Shown here: positions 1 to 11,060 of the stretch, in pieces
How positions within the stretch are numbered: position 1 is the first letter of the stretch
Layout: each line of letters begins with the position of its first letter
Made by a program: the position numbers and the translations under genes
The notes under the pieces: generated by a model
Seen by the model: only the letters and a program-made list of their open reading frames with translations
The model's database searches: none
What the model was told of the DNA's origin: nothing
Assembly: GCA_013265495.1 (NCBI GenBank)
Contig: MU063101.1
Location: 3,458,276 to 3,522,275 of the forward strand
Reading direction: 5' to 3'
DNA: 64,000 nucleotides
DNA from: Vicugna vicugna
Taxonomy: Eukaryota

Positions 1-251
1 TAGGAGCTGGGGCCTTTGGGACATAATTAGGTCATGAGGGTGGAGCCCTTATGAATGAGATTAATCCTCTTGTAAAAGAGGCCCGAGTGAGTTCCCTTGC
101 CCCTTCCATCATGAGAAGACACAAGGAGAAGTCTGGCCCCCAGAAGACCCTCACCTGACCCTGCCAGCATCCCATCTCAGAGGTCCAGCATCCACAATTG
201 TGAGAAGTAAAGTTCTGCATTTTGTTACTGCAGCTTGAAGGGACTAACAGA
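1..251 (+). mobile_element. MaLR LTR, MLT1A-like (3' part; truncated by window start)
   Basis: GGGCCTTTGGGACATAATTAGGTCATGAGGGTGGAGCCCTTATGAATGAGATTA ... TGTGAGAAGTAAAGTTCTG ... GGACTAACA follows the MLT1A/MLT1A0 consensus. Confidence 0.85.
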
Positions 252-621
252 GCCCAAGAGCACATTTGGTCCAATTTCCTTTGCTGCTTCCCCGGACCCA
301 AGAATGTTTTCCAGGAATATCTGAGCCTGGGACATCCACCCGTTTGGGGACTTCCAGCTTCCCAGATGCCTGCTTTTCTTTGACCCTTTTTCCACTGTGA
401 GTTCTTACATGAGCACTCTGCTACACACCCTTCCCAGAAAAACCGGGAGAAGGCACCACGTTTCCACCGACACAGATACTTCGCTTGTATCTCGGTTTTA
501 TCTCTCACGCTCCCACTCCATAAAAGACTAAGAAAGCACTCACACGAATGTTTGCACATCATTTAAATATTCATTTCCATTAATTTATTCAGAGTTGTAA
601 AGTTTATTACCTAGAATATTG

Positions 622-742
622 AGTCATAGAATTTTAGAGCGGAAAGACGCGGGAGAAATCATCTAGTCCGAAGTCCTCGTTTTACAGATGAGGAGACTAA
701 GGTGATGAGGGCTCAGGCATTTTTTGCCCAAGGTCAAATTCT
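622..742 (-). mobile_element. MIR SINE fragment
   Basis: CTCGTTTTACAGATGAGGAGACTAAGG ... TTTGCCCAAGGTCA is the reverse complement of the MIR core. Confidence 0.8.
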
Positions 743-884
743 GAACGAGAGACACAAGGGGAGACCCCATGGCAGGTCTCCAAAGTCCCGCCTCTGTTGA
801 ACGCAGCTCTGCAGAGCTGAAAGCTTCCTCCGCTAGCACAAGCTGCCTCCCTGCTCCTTTCTTGTTTCCTCATTATCTCGCAAG

Positions 885-1060
885 TTCTTGCTGCGTGCCA
901 GCTCAGAGCTCGGAGCTGCAGGACTGCGGTGAATGACACGGTCATGGTAATAGAGCTCACAGTCTAGTGGGACAGGCACTGAGCAAACAGACAAACCTAT
1001 GTACGTGTGATGACAAATTGTGATAAGGGCTCTGAAGGAAATAAAAATGAAATAAACAAG
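885..1060 (-). mobile_element. L2 LINE 3' fragment
   Basis: GAGCTCACAGTCTAGTGGGACAGGCAC ... TGTGATAAGGGCTCTGAAGGAAA resembles the antisense L2 3' region. Confidence 0.6.
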
Positions 1061-1087
1061 GTCTGCATGGAGGGCAGCTGTGGGAGG

Positions 1088-1448
1088 TGTCTCGGTGTCA
1101 CTGCTGTCACAAAGCACAGCAGAGTTGGTGGCAGATGAACCACAGACATTTACTTCTCACAGTTCCAGGGGCTGGAAGCCCGAGATGGGGGAGCCAGCCT
1201 GGCCGGGTTCTGGTGAGAGCCTTCTTCCAGGTTGCAGACTACACACGTCTCCTCATGTCGTCATGTGGAGGAAAGAGGGCAAACATGCTCTCTGGGGTCC
1301 CTTTTGTAAGGACACCCAGCCCATTCATGAAGGCTCTACCATCACCACCTAATCAGCTTCTAACGTCCCCACCTCCTAATGGCATCACATTGGGGGTTGG
1401 GATGTCAACGTGTGGATTTGGGGGGTGCACAAACATGCAGTCCATGAC
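1088..1448 (-). mobile_element. MaLR solo LTR, MLT1A-like
   Basis: ACATTTACTTCTCACAGTTCCAGGGGCTGGAAG ... CCACCTCCTAATGGCATCACATTGGGGGTT ... ACAAACATGCAGTCCATGAC is the reverse complement of the MLT1A consensus; about 360 bp. Confidence 0.85.
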
Positions 1449-1565
1449 GGGAAGGCTGAGGTGGGGAGTCTTGGGTTGTGTTTTCCCAGGAGGTGGGGAG
1501 AAGAGACCGGGAAGGGGAGCAGACCAACAGTGGGCGCGTGAATGAACAGGTGCCGCCGTTGACCA

Positions 1566-1790
1566 GGGGTTCGAGATTTGCAGATACTAACTACTGTATA
1601 TAAAATAGATAAACAACAGGTTTCTACTCTATAGCACAAGGAACTGCATTCAGTGTTTTGTAGTAACCTTAACGGAAAAGAATATGAAAAGGGATATACG
1701 TATGTACACGTATGACAAACATTATGCTGTACTCCAGAAATTAACACAACACTGTAACCTGACTATACTTCAATTTAAAAAAAAAAAAAA
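1566..1790 (+). mobile_element. Young cetartiodactyl-type L1 3' end with poly(A) tail
   Basis: GAGATTTGCAGATACTAACTACTGTATATAAAATAGATAAACAACAGG ... ATGCTGTACTCCAGAAATTAACACAACACTGTAACCTGACTATACTTCAAT followed by an A14 run. Confidence 0.85.
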
Positions 1791-1899
1791 GAGGAAGAAA
1801 AGGAAGAATTATTTAAAAAAAAAAAGAGAAAATTTACCCATAATTCTGCTGGCTATAGGTAATAACGATTGATACATGCGTTTCTTCCAGTCTTTTTCT

Positions 1900-2350
1900 C
1901 CGTGTTTTACTGCATTTGTGTCACATTGAGATCACTTCCCTGGACCCATCTGACACCCTGCTTCTTATTTTTCCTTCACAATGTACGTCTCAGCACGCCA
2001 TCATCCATGCTTCTTCACAGTAAACTCCTGGTAGCAGACAGTCCACGGTGGGGAGGCATCACCATTTATTTTTCCCCTCCTGTGTTGTTGGGCATTTAGA
2101 TGGTTTCAAATACTTCTGCCGTCATAAAGAGTGTTCTGATAAACATCTTTGTGCATAAAGCAGTTTCCATAGTTCCCATTATGTCTTTAGGATAGTTTCC
2201 CAGAAATGGAATTACTGGGTCAGAGGTTGAGCCCGGTTTTTTTAAAGGTTCCTGAGACATATCGCCAAATTGCACTCCAAAAGGTTTATAGCAATTTAAA
2301 TGATCAAAGCAGCATTTCAGAGTCTCCTTTCTTCTAACCAGTATTGAGGG
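1900..2350 (-). mobile_element. Old L1M (L1MC/ME-type) 3' fragment
   Basis: GGGCATTTAGATGGTTTCAAATAC ... AAACATCTTTGTGCATAAA ... AGAAATGGAATTACTGGGTCAGAGG ... CCAAATTGCACTCCAAAAGG. Confidence 0.7.
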
Positions 2351-3098
2351 CTCATTTAAAAGAAAAAACTCACGGCTAATACGGTAAACAAGCAAATGGG
2401 ATGTTATTGTTGGTTGGGAGTCCTTTTGTTCAGTGCTTGAAAGAGACAAATTTGAAGAATCCAAAGAAACACAGCAGAAATTAAATTTGTGGGCTACATT
2501 TAATCTAGCATTTTGGATCAGGTGGTTTCTAAAGAGGTTTCAGTGTATTAATGGATGATAAGTGGGTACTTAAGAGAAAGCATATTTTGGAGAACTTTGA
2601 AGTAATACCTACTGGAGATTACATCTTTTCTCAAAGTCAGAGGGCCATGTGCCCTCTGTGAGTCTGATGCTTCAGAGATACTTTATAGGTAATTATATAT
2701 ATATAAATAGCCAACATGCATGATGTTTTCTAGTTTTTCAAAGGGCATTTTATGTAGAGAATCTCATTTTACTGAAGAGGTAAGTGAGATTTGGATTCAG
2801 CGGCTTATCTAAAACACACTTAGGGTAGAAAGTGGTCCAGCAGGGTGAGAACAGAACAGTAGGCTTTCCACCTCCCCATGGACCCTCCTCTGACACCTGC
2901 TTGGCCTCAGTGAAGATCACAGTGACTGGCTTCTCCAAGATGCTAAACTGCCATTTCCTGGCAGGTGGGGCAGGACTGGGCACCAAAGGGCAGTTGTCAG
3001 CATTCTTTCTGCCTTTCAACAGGTGCCCAAAGTAAAAGGTGCGCCCTTGATGCCAAGAGCTGCCAAAATCTAACGTGGTGCCCAGAGCAAAAAGACCC

Positions 3099-3548
3099 TG
3101 TGTTCCTTTCCCAGGACCGCTGTAACAAATCACCACCAACTCAGTGGTTTGAAGTAACATAATTATTTGTTTACTGTTCTGGAGGCCAGGAGTCTGAAGT
3201 CACGGTGTCGGCAGAGCCATCCTGCCTCCAGAGGTTCTCTGCCCTTTGCGGCTCCCAGTCCCCATCAGCAGAGCGAACCTGACTTGTGGCCACATTGCTC
3301 CCATCTCTGCCTCTGGGGTCACATCACCTTCTCCTCTTCTATGTGTCTCAGATCTTCCTCTGCCTTTCTCTTACAAAGACACTTGTCATCGGATTTAGGG
3401 CCCACCCACAAAATCCAGGAACATCTCATTTCAGAAGCCTTCACGTAATCACTCCTGTGTAGTCCCTCTTCTCAAATAAGATCACATTCACAAGTTCCAG
3501 GAGTTTGATGTGAGTGTCTGTTGGAGGGTAGTTTTTCTGCCTCTCACA
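3099..3548 (-). mobile_element. MaLR solo LTR, MLT1B/C-like
   Basis: GCTGTAACAAATCACCACCAACTCAGTGGTTTGAAG ... TTCTGGAGGCCAGGAGTCTGAAGTC ... GGATTTAGGGCCCACCC ... AATAAGATCACATTCACAAGTTCCAGG. Confidence 0.85.
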
Positions 3549-4339
3549 GACCCTAAAGTCCACATGAGTTTAACATCTGTGGAGACTCCCTTGTGTGACC
3601 TGTCCCCGTGGGTACACAGGCAGTACAAGTCACCATGAAATTGCCTTTTCACATTGTGTTTATAGCAGAATATAGAACATGACGTAGAGAGAACGTGGTT
3701 ACTGAGGGTCAGTAGGCTGAAGTCCAAGGTCTGAGGTTGGTTTTCTGTTAACTTGGGCGCATAACTTCTCCGAACTTCTGTTTGCGAGTCCATGAAACGA
3801 GCACATAGCCGTCTTGTGGAATTTCAGGGATGAGGGGGATCCCCAGTGGAATAGTACGAGACAGCGTTTTGTGAGTGGCTGAGTACAGTAGGATTTCGGA
3901 GATTGAGTCCACAGCCTAGAAGATGGGAGGTTTATTTTAGGGGCTTGCGCCAAGGCGAGCCAGGTTTTGGTAAGAGTGATTCAGAGAAAACAATCCATAT
4001 TTGCGGCTTTCCGCAAGTGCTGGGAGTCTGAGCAAGATTCAATTGGGAAAACTAGGTTAGTGCCTGGACAAGTCTATTACTCTTTAAAAGCGGCCACTCA
4101 TCTCTAATAATAAATAAACCAAACATTGGGATATTAAAACAATTCGTTCTCGGCATCGGAAAAGAGGTCGTGTGTTTTTAATATCCCACCCAGCCCACCA
4201 AGCCCCGACCCCCAGGAACTCCAAGATTGAGCAAAATCCTACTTATGGGCTTCGGATTTAATATAGCATCAGGCTCCTCTAGGTACAATAAAATACCACG
4301 TTAAGAGTATTAATTCCTTACAGCCCTGATGGGCCCCAG

Positions 4340-4430
4340 CTGTGCGCGCGCACGGAGGGCGTGGGGGCGCGCGCTCAGCGGGCACGGGCGCTGACGGGGC
4401 TGTTCCACCCTGGAGCACGTGCGCCTGCAA
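4340..4430. promoter_or_regulatory. Very dense CpG micro-cluster with two (CG)3 runs and a CACGTG E-box
   Basis: 14 CpG counted by hand in 4345-4423; GCGCGCGC at 4344-4351; CACGTG at 4416-4421. Function is inferred. Confidence 0.5.
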
Positions 4431-5989
4431 CACAGCTGTTTCTCAAATCCTCCGCCACTTGCTGAAAAACCTCTATGAAGTTGTACTGCCTCTGGGCACA
4501 ATTAAAAGCTGTATACTACATTTCATCAGGCAGTGTTAGAAATTTAGGCTGAGCCAAAAAAGAAAAGAGAGAAGGTGGGAGGGAGGAAGAAACAACTCCC
4601 TTGTTAAGGTGGCATTAACCTCCTTACCCTGCTATTGAAACAATAAAGCTGCTCAACGCCACGCGAAGCCCTCCAGCCTTAAGGACGGAGAGTGGAGAAG
4701 GCNNNNNNNNNNNNNNNNNNNNNNNNNNNNNNNNNNNNNNNNNNNNNNNNNNNNNNNNNNNNNNNNNNNNNNNNNNNNNNNNNNNNNNNNNNNNNNNNNN
4801 NNNNNNNNNNNNNNNNNNNNNNNNNNNNNNNNNNNNNNNNNNNCTTTCCTCCCTCAGCGAGTGGTCAAGTCTATCTGCAGGAAAAACAGTAAGCTAAGAA
4901 CTTAAGTTAAAATGTGAGCAGACAAGTTGATCCATGAAAAGGCCTGGATTTAGTTCTCCCTTAGGAAAAGGGACACTTAGGGAAGTGAGTTAACATTACA
5001 TTCACTGACAGCCTGGGGGCACATGGATTAGCTCCTTGTGTTGCCATGACAACCCAGGGCTGGCCGGCTCCATAGACCCATTTCACAGAGGCAGCCGCAG
5101 AGGCCCCCGTGATGAAGCTCACATTGGCCACCCTCCACTGTGCAGTGTCAGAGGTGGGGCTGAATTCTGCCCATGGCCTCGCTGTCCACGTAGTCCTTGC
5201 CTCCAACTCGGGGATTCACGTTGCCCTTTTCCTTCCTCCCTCCCTCCTGAACTGAACAGCACGTGAAGATAGATTTTCTCTCCCTTCTGTACTCTCTGCT
5301 TACCAAGAGGAGAGGTCTGATCTTATCCTGTCTTGTCTGTACCTAGACAGTATTTTAAATCAAATTCCCTGCTGTTTAAGAAAGAAGAGGGGATGGGAAA
5401 GCCACAGAGTGTCGTTAGTGTGAGGGAGAACTCTGCCCATGGACCACCTTTCCCAACAGCCACACCGGCACCAAGGGGATAAAGCATGGGGGGACCTCTT
5501 GGCCCCCGTGGGGACAGAAGAATGGAGACTGAGGATTGAGTTTAGATGATCTAGGATTATCAAAGCACGTGTGACCAGGCGTGTGAAATATGATAAAGGT
5601 TAACATCTCACCCTATAAAAATGACGCAGCTACATCCTCCACCCTCTTCTCCTCCCTGGGGATGGGAATCAGGGCAGGTGGGAAGTGAGACATTGGCTCA
5701 GAGTCTCTCTCCTGCCTCCCAGGCTCAGTTCTAGGCTCATCCATCTACCAGTTCCTTAATCCTCTTAATAGCTCTGTGACTTAGTAAATTCTTGTCCTGA
5801 TGGAATGACTTAGGAGGTTGAGACCCAGAGGGTTAAGTAGCTTGTCTTTGGTCACGTCCAATGCTCCAGGCTTTTTTCCTACCACACGTCTCACTGGCAG
5901 CCTCCCAGGATCTAGAGCCTTCACCTGTCAGCTCTGGGGACGTAAAATAATGTGAATGGGGTGAAATCATGCCACTTAAAAGCAGACAC

Positions 5990-6620
5990 ATTATGAAGAA
6001 TTATGTCAACCTGATTTCCGGAATCCTGGGAAAATTCACATCCATGTGCCGCCCGATTAGTGAATCAAGTGAAACTGATTGATCTACAGCAACAATAGTT
6101 AAGAAACAGGCAGCCCCGGCCGAGGTTTGATTAAACCGATACCCCGGGTCTCCTGCTGTATCAAATCATGGGCGAATTGGTACCATTAGGATAAATTACT
6201 ACGAGAGGCACAGCAAAGCCAGGCTAAACAAACTCTGCCTTCTCGAGCCCTGTGATTGTCTTATTAAATAATTTCTTTGCCTCTTAAGTGTGGACTCGGA
6301 GCACTCGCGTTCTGAAAGTCCTCCTGATTAACTGTAGCCTTGGCCTCCAGTTGATTTTATAAACTTCAGATGGTGCCCCAGAGGATGAAGCTTCCTGTTG
6401 TCAATTCTGCCTGTTGCTATAGATACCGAACTTCACAATCAGTAATTAGAGCATGCCCCCTGCCCCAGAACTGGTCAAACGGTGCAGAGCGCTCGGCAAA
6501 TGGTCTTAAAAGCATCCGCGCTGGCGTGGAAATGCATCTCCAATGGTGACGGCGTTTGTTTTATTCATGGACTTTTTGGAAAAAAAAAAATCACCGGTTT
6601 ATTGGAAACCATAGCGAAAT
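5990..6620. promoter_or_regulatory. Candidate conserved non-coding element / developmental enhancer
   Basis: No recognisable repeat; about 24 CpG in 620 bp at moderate GC; TGATTGAT 6076-6083, TGTCA 6004 and 6409, TAATTA 6443-6448. Conservation not tested. Confidence 0.55.
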
Positions 6621-8186
6621 GTCAGTAATTATTATACTTTTGAAAACATGACTGAGTTTCTTTAGGTTAAGGATAGGAAGGAAGACAGCTGAAAGTTTCC
6701 TGTCTGACCTGCCACATACAGGACAGTTCATCCTTACTCAGATTTAGTATCTTTTCTGTTGTACCCAACGCACATTCCACAGCCCTCCCCCACCCCCACA
6801 AAGAGATGCCTTAATTTGTGAGCAAGGGCTGCTTGTGGAATGATGAATGAGTTAAGGGAAACTGTTGGTGGGAAGAAAGAAAAAGTGATGGGTTGGGCTT
6901 ATTTTATTTAGTGGAGCAAAACAGATGTGGAACATTTGTGTCTTAAAGCATTTTGGTCAAGAGAGAACTAAATTGGTTAGAAAGTGTGCAATTTTGCAGG
7001 TGTTATAAAAATATAAACCAATGAGTTCATACTCTGTTCCCTACAGGGAATGAGGAATGAAAATGAAGGTTTGCAAAGACACTTTGCTGGACACTTATCC
7101 ATTTTAATTTAAGATGGCATTAGTATCCTCATTTTAAAGCTGAAGAAATTGTACTCCGACTTAATGATTTTTCCCCAACTTGTTCCAGTTTTGGTCACGC
7201 AGCCAAAATTATAATCCATTTCTGTCTGACACCAAAACCTATTTTTTCTTCATCTTTTTTTTTTTTTGCAAGGAAAGACTTCTCCCCAAATTATATAGGA
7301 ATCCTGCCCATTACTTTATCCATTTTCCAGGTTGAAAATAAATCCTGGAATTCAGACTGATACATATTTTAAGATCCTCTTCAAGTTTCCTAACAAATGT
7401 ACAACACAGAAGTGGTCTGCCAAGCCAAGAATTTTATTGACATTTCCAAAGCACTGTTGATTGTATTTTTGATTCCTTTAAAACCTCGCTAATTGCCTTG
7501 TTGATTTCAAGCACCCTGAGAACACTTCCGAAATGCTCACAGCATCCAATAGTGTGGAAAAATAAATGGTTTACAAGGATGATTTGAGATGTGCAAATAA
7601 AGCTTTTGAAGAGACTGACTGATGTCATAACAGCTAGGTAATCCTGCCATCTCTTATGTGGCATTTTTATGGGATCCAGGACACCCAGTCTCAAGTTATG
7701 TATATTTTAGCTCTTGCATCCAAGTTCAAGAAGCCTGGACTTTGACTGGACTTGAATCCATCTGTCTCGCAAATATAGCCTGATGGACGAGACCTTTCCT
7801 GCACCCTCCCAAGGAGTCATGTTCTGGGCTATAACTCTAGAACATCTCTCTGGGACACAAGCAAAAATCATGTCCACAATTTGGGCAGTTCATGGATTGA
7901 ACACTCATTTAGACTGAGGAGGGCCTGAGAACGGATCTTGTCCACCCTGAGGGCACTGGGAAAGAGATAGGCCAACTTTATATTTTTATTCCTCTTGATC
8001 AAAAGATTTATCAGCGTTTCAGACACATTTTTGTGTTTCATCCTGTCGTAATCTTCCAGGGTAGGTAGTATTCTCTCTGTTTTACAGATTTCTTTTTCAT
8101 TTTTCAAATGTTTACGGGGTTTTTCTGCAAAGAACCAGACCCTGAAGAAACTGAAACTCAGAAATGTTAAGGAATTTGCCTAGAGC

Positions 8187-8568
8187 CATGGTTCTCCAAA
8201 GGGGGGAGATTTTGCAAACCCCCACTCTTGACCCCCACTGGGGACATTTGATGAGGAGCAGGGGGAGGGTACTAGTGGCATCTGCTGGGTAGAGGCCAGG
8301 GTTGTTCCTAAGCCTCCTACAACGCACAGGGAAGCCCCCATCACAAAGAATTAGCCAGCTCCATGAGGGGAGGGTGTAGCTCAGCGGCGGAGCGCATGCC
8401 TAGCATGCGCAACATTCTGGGTTCAATCCCCAGTACCTTCATTAAATTAAAAAAAAAAAAAGAACTAATTACCTCCCCCTCAAAAAAAAGGTAAAAATTT
8501 TTAAAAATTAAAACAAAAAGAAATTAGCCAAATCCAAATATCAACAGTGCTGAGGCTGAGAAACTCTG
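8187..8568 (+). mobile_element. MER20 (hAT-Charlie) DNA transposon interrupted by a SINE
   Basis: CATGGTTCTCC ... GATTTTGC ... GGGACATTTG ... GGCATCTGCTGGGTAGAGGCCAGGG ... ACAAAGAATTAGCC [SINE] CAAATATCAACAGTGCTGAGGCTGAGAAACTCTG. Confidence 0.85.
8367..8520 (+). mobile_element. tRNA-Ala-derived SINE (camelid vic-1-like)
   Basis: The head GGGGAGGGTGTAGCTCAGCGGCGGAGCGCATGCCTAGCATGCGC ... GGGTTCAATCCCCAGTACCTTCA mirrors tRNA-Ala(AGC). A box TAGCTCAGCGG 8377-8387, B box GGTTCAATCC 8420-8429, A-rich tail, and direct repeat AATTAGCCA at 8349-8357 and 8522-8530. Confidence 0.85.
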
Positions 8569-8734
8569 ACCCAGAGAATCATGGCTTTGGGGCAGGGTTG
8601 GGATTTAAATATGGGTCTGTTAGCCTTTGTAATGTTCAAGTGTTGCTTTGGGCAAACAGTTAGCATTTTGACTGAGCTTTTTACTTCTCCACATTGAAGT
8701 TGTGGAAAATGATCATCAAAGGTGTGGTTTCTTA

Positions 8735-8875
8735 TTTTTATTGCCTATCTTCCCCGGAAGATTGTCATCCCCTTGAGAGCAGGAATCCTGCTACTCTGGC
8801 TTTTTACTGTGTCCCCAGTGCCCTTTCCAGTGCATGACACGTAGTAGGTGTTCAGTAAGTGTTTATTGAGGGGGT
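8735..8875 (+). mobile_element. L2 3' end
   Basis: CCCCTTGAGAGCAGGAATCCTG ... GTGTCCCCAGTGCC ... GACACGTAGTAGGTGTTCAGTAAGTGTTTATTGA. Confidence 0.75.
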
Positions 8876-8929
8876 GGATAAACGAGGACCAAATTAACTA
8901 GGATCCCATGTAAAGTGATAAATATCATA

Positions 8930-9400
8930 TGCCGACAACAAAAATATGCCCTGGGATTTCAAAGAAGAAGGGCGTTTCTTCTAGCTAGGGGACGGAGGTG
9001 AGTGGTGGATTCTGGAATGAATTAATGGAGAAAGAAGATTTGAACCAAGGTTTAGGATCAAGTTGAGCTTGGTCTTTGGGGTGGCTGGAGGACATGCCAA
9101 GTGGAAGGACATAATGTGTGGAGCGCACAGAGGTCACCATAAGTTATTTAGCTTTCAGAGACGAGCCTAGTGGAGCCGGACAGGGCAGAGAGCAGAGCTA
9201 GGGATCAGGGCTTGATACTGGACATTGACTAATGAACTTGGACTCCATCCAGTGGGATGTGTGAAGTCACGGGGAGTTTTGAACAGGAAATTGATGCGCT
9301 CAAAGCTGTATTCCAAGGAGGTAAATGAGGTCTCTGTGAGATGGAGAGCAGACTGGGGGTGGGGAAGCCATTCGTGTATTGCCATTGTCTGGAGAAGACA
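8930..9400 (-). mobile_element. L2 fragment(s)
   Basis: GTGGGATGTGTGAAGTCACGGGGAGTTTTGAACAGGAAATTGATGCG ... TATTGCCATTGTCTGGAGAAGA, typical antisense L2. Confidence 0.55.
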
Positions 9401-9644
9401 GAAAACAGGCACCTGGCTTACGTGGCAATTCTCTTTGTTTTAACTTAGATTTTGTTTGTTTGTTTTTTCCTTTTTCAGTTTTATTAGGTAGAATTATTAC
9501 AGTCTGACTGCACATAGACATTATATTGCATGAAATATATATATACAATACACTACACATTTTTTTAGTTTACATATGTGTATATTACATATGTGATTGT
9601 TTCTGAGAACAGACTAGAGCTTTAACTTTTTAAACTTAGATTTT

Positions 9645-10320
9645 TTTTAACTTCAATTTTTAAAAACATATACATAATTAAAATGTTTACTTTCTAACAG
9701 GCAGTGCATGGTTCAAAGTCCAAAGCAGAAGATAGAAAATGATGTGTATATATATTTATGTATTTATATCTCAAAACCATATAGTTTGTTTTCTTTATGT
9801 ATTTTAAAATGTCCCTTGACCCCTTTCCCTTAGCACCTCATTCCTCTGTTATCATTTCCTTGGGTATTCTTCTAGACATTTTTATGTATTTACAAGACAA
9901 TATGTTTGTATATTCTTTTACCCTCCCCTTCTCCGCACTATTCACGCCTTGCTCTTTTCACTTGACAATATATCTTAAGAGATGGTTCCAAATCAGCATA
10001 TAAATGATTTCTTCATTTTTTTTAAACAACCTCTGAGTCTTCCGCTGTAGAGATGCTTCATAATTCATTGAACCAATTCCCCACAGATAGACATTTGGGT
10101 TGTTCCCAGTCTTTTTGCCGTTACACCTTGTGCCGCAGCATGTAACCTCATGCCCACATCATTTCCTGCGTGCATGAGTGTCTGTGCAGGAGGGAGTCCT
10201 AGAAGAAGCTGTGTTGGCTCAGAGCGTCTGCTCTGGGGCATTTGCATAGATCTTGCTAAATCGCTCCCGACGGAGGTTGTTCTAATTTACATTTCCAGTA
10301 AACACAGTGGTTTGGGTGGT
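9645..10320 (-). mobile_element. Old L1ME-type 3' fragment
   Basis: TTGCTCTTTTCACTTGACAATATATCTTAAGAGAT ... GAACCAATTCCCCACAGATAGACATTTGGGTTGTTCCCAGTC ... TAATTTACATTTCCAGTAAACA. Confidence 0.7.
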
Positions 10321-10914
10321 CCTTCTCGCCAAAGTGCTCCACAGTTGGGTGGAGGGGTGGACAAAGAGAACTTGAGAATGAGAAGCTGCAAGTGAATGCC
10401 CCCAGCGTGCACTTTAAGGAGAAATATTTTGGCCAGAGCATGGAAGTAGGGCTGCAAAACAAAGATCAGATTCGGGGCAGCAGAATGCGTCAGTTTGCAT
10501 TGGTCCAGGGAAATGCAGATAAGGGCTTCAGCCACTAGAGGAGCAGGAGAGAGAGAAGATGTTGGGGAGACTCATCACTGATGAGCAGCAGGGATGAGGC
10601 AGGGAGATGCTAAAGATGACTCTGGCATCCCCTGGTGTTATTATCCAATGGGGATCTGGAGGGGAGGAGGAGGAAGAGCTTTTAGGCAGAAGTCATTAGT
10701 TTTGGCTTGATGAAGGTATTTCCACCTACCAAAAGCATTTGAATAGGAACTCAGAGTTGTTGGTGGCAATTCCACCATTTCTGGATCCCCCCCCAAGAAA
10801 CCTTTCCTATCGCTTCCAATCTGCATGGATTTGGATAAACACCAAATTTTATTAGTTCAAAATCCCCTAAGGTCCAAAAAGATTTCTAATGCTTTTTAAA
10901 ATATGCCTTTTTAA

Positions 10915-11060
10915 TACTCCTAGCAACCCTGTAAAGGCATTCTCCTGTTATAAGGAAGAAGACCAAGGCTCAGAGAGGTTAAATAGCTCGGCCGAGGTCA
11001 CACAGCTGTTAAGCAATGGTTCCAAGGCTTGGATCCAGGTTAACTTGAAATCATGAGCTT
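10915..11060 (-). mobile_element. MIR fragment
   Basis: GAAGACCAAGGCTCAGAGAGGTTAAATAGCTCGGCCGAGGTCACACAGCT. Confidence 0.8.

Noticed and set aside
32-562. 176-aa ORF on -
   Set aside because: Its 3' half is antisense to the MLT1A LTR, and I recognise no domain.
8367-8442. Apparent tRNA-Ala gene (also 49710-49788)
   Set aside because: Mismatched stems, the A-rich tail and the TSD indicate a SINE head.
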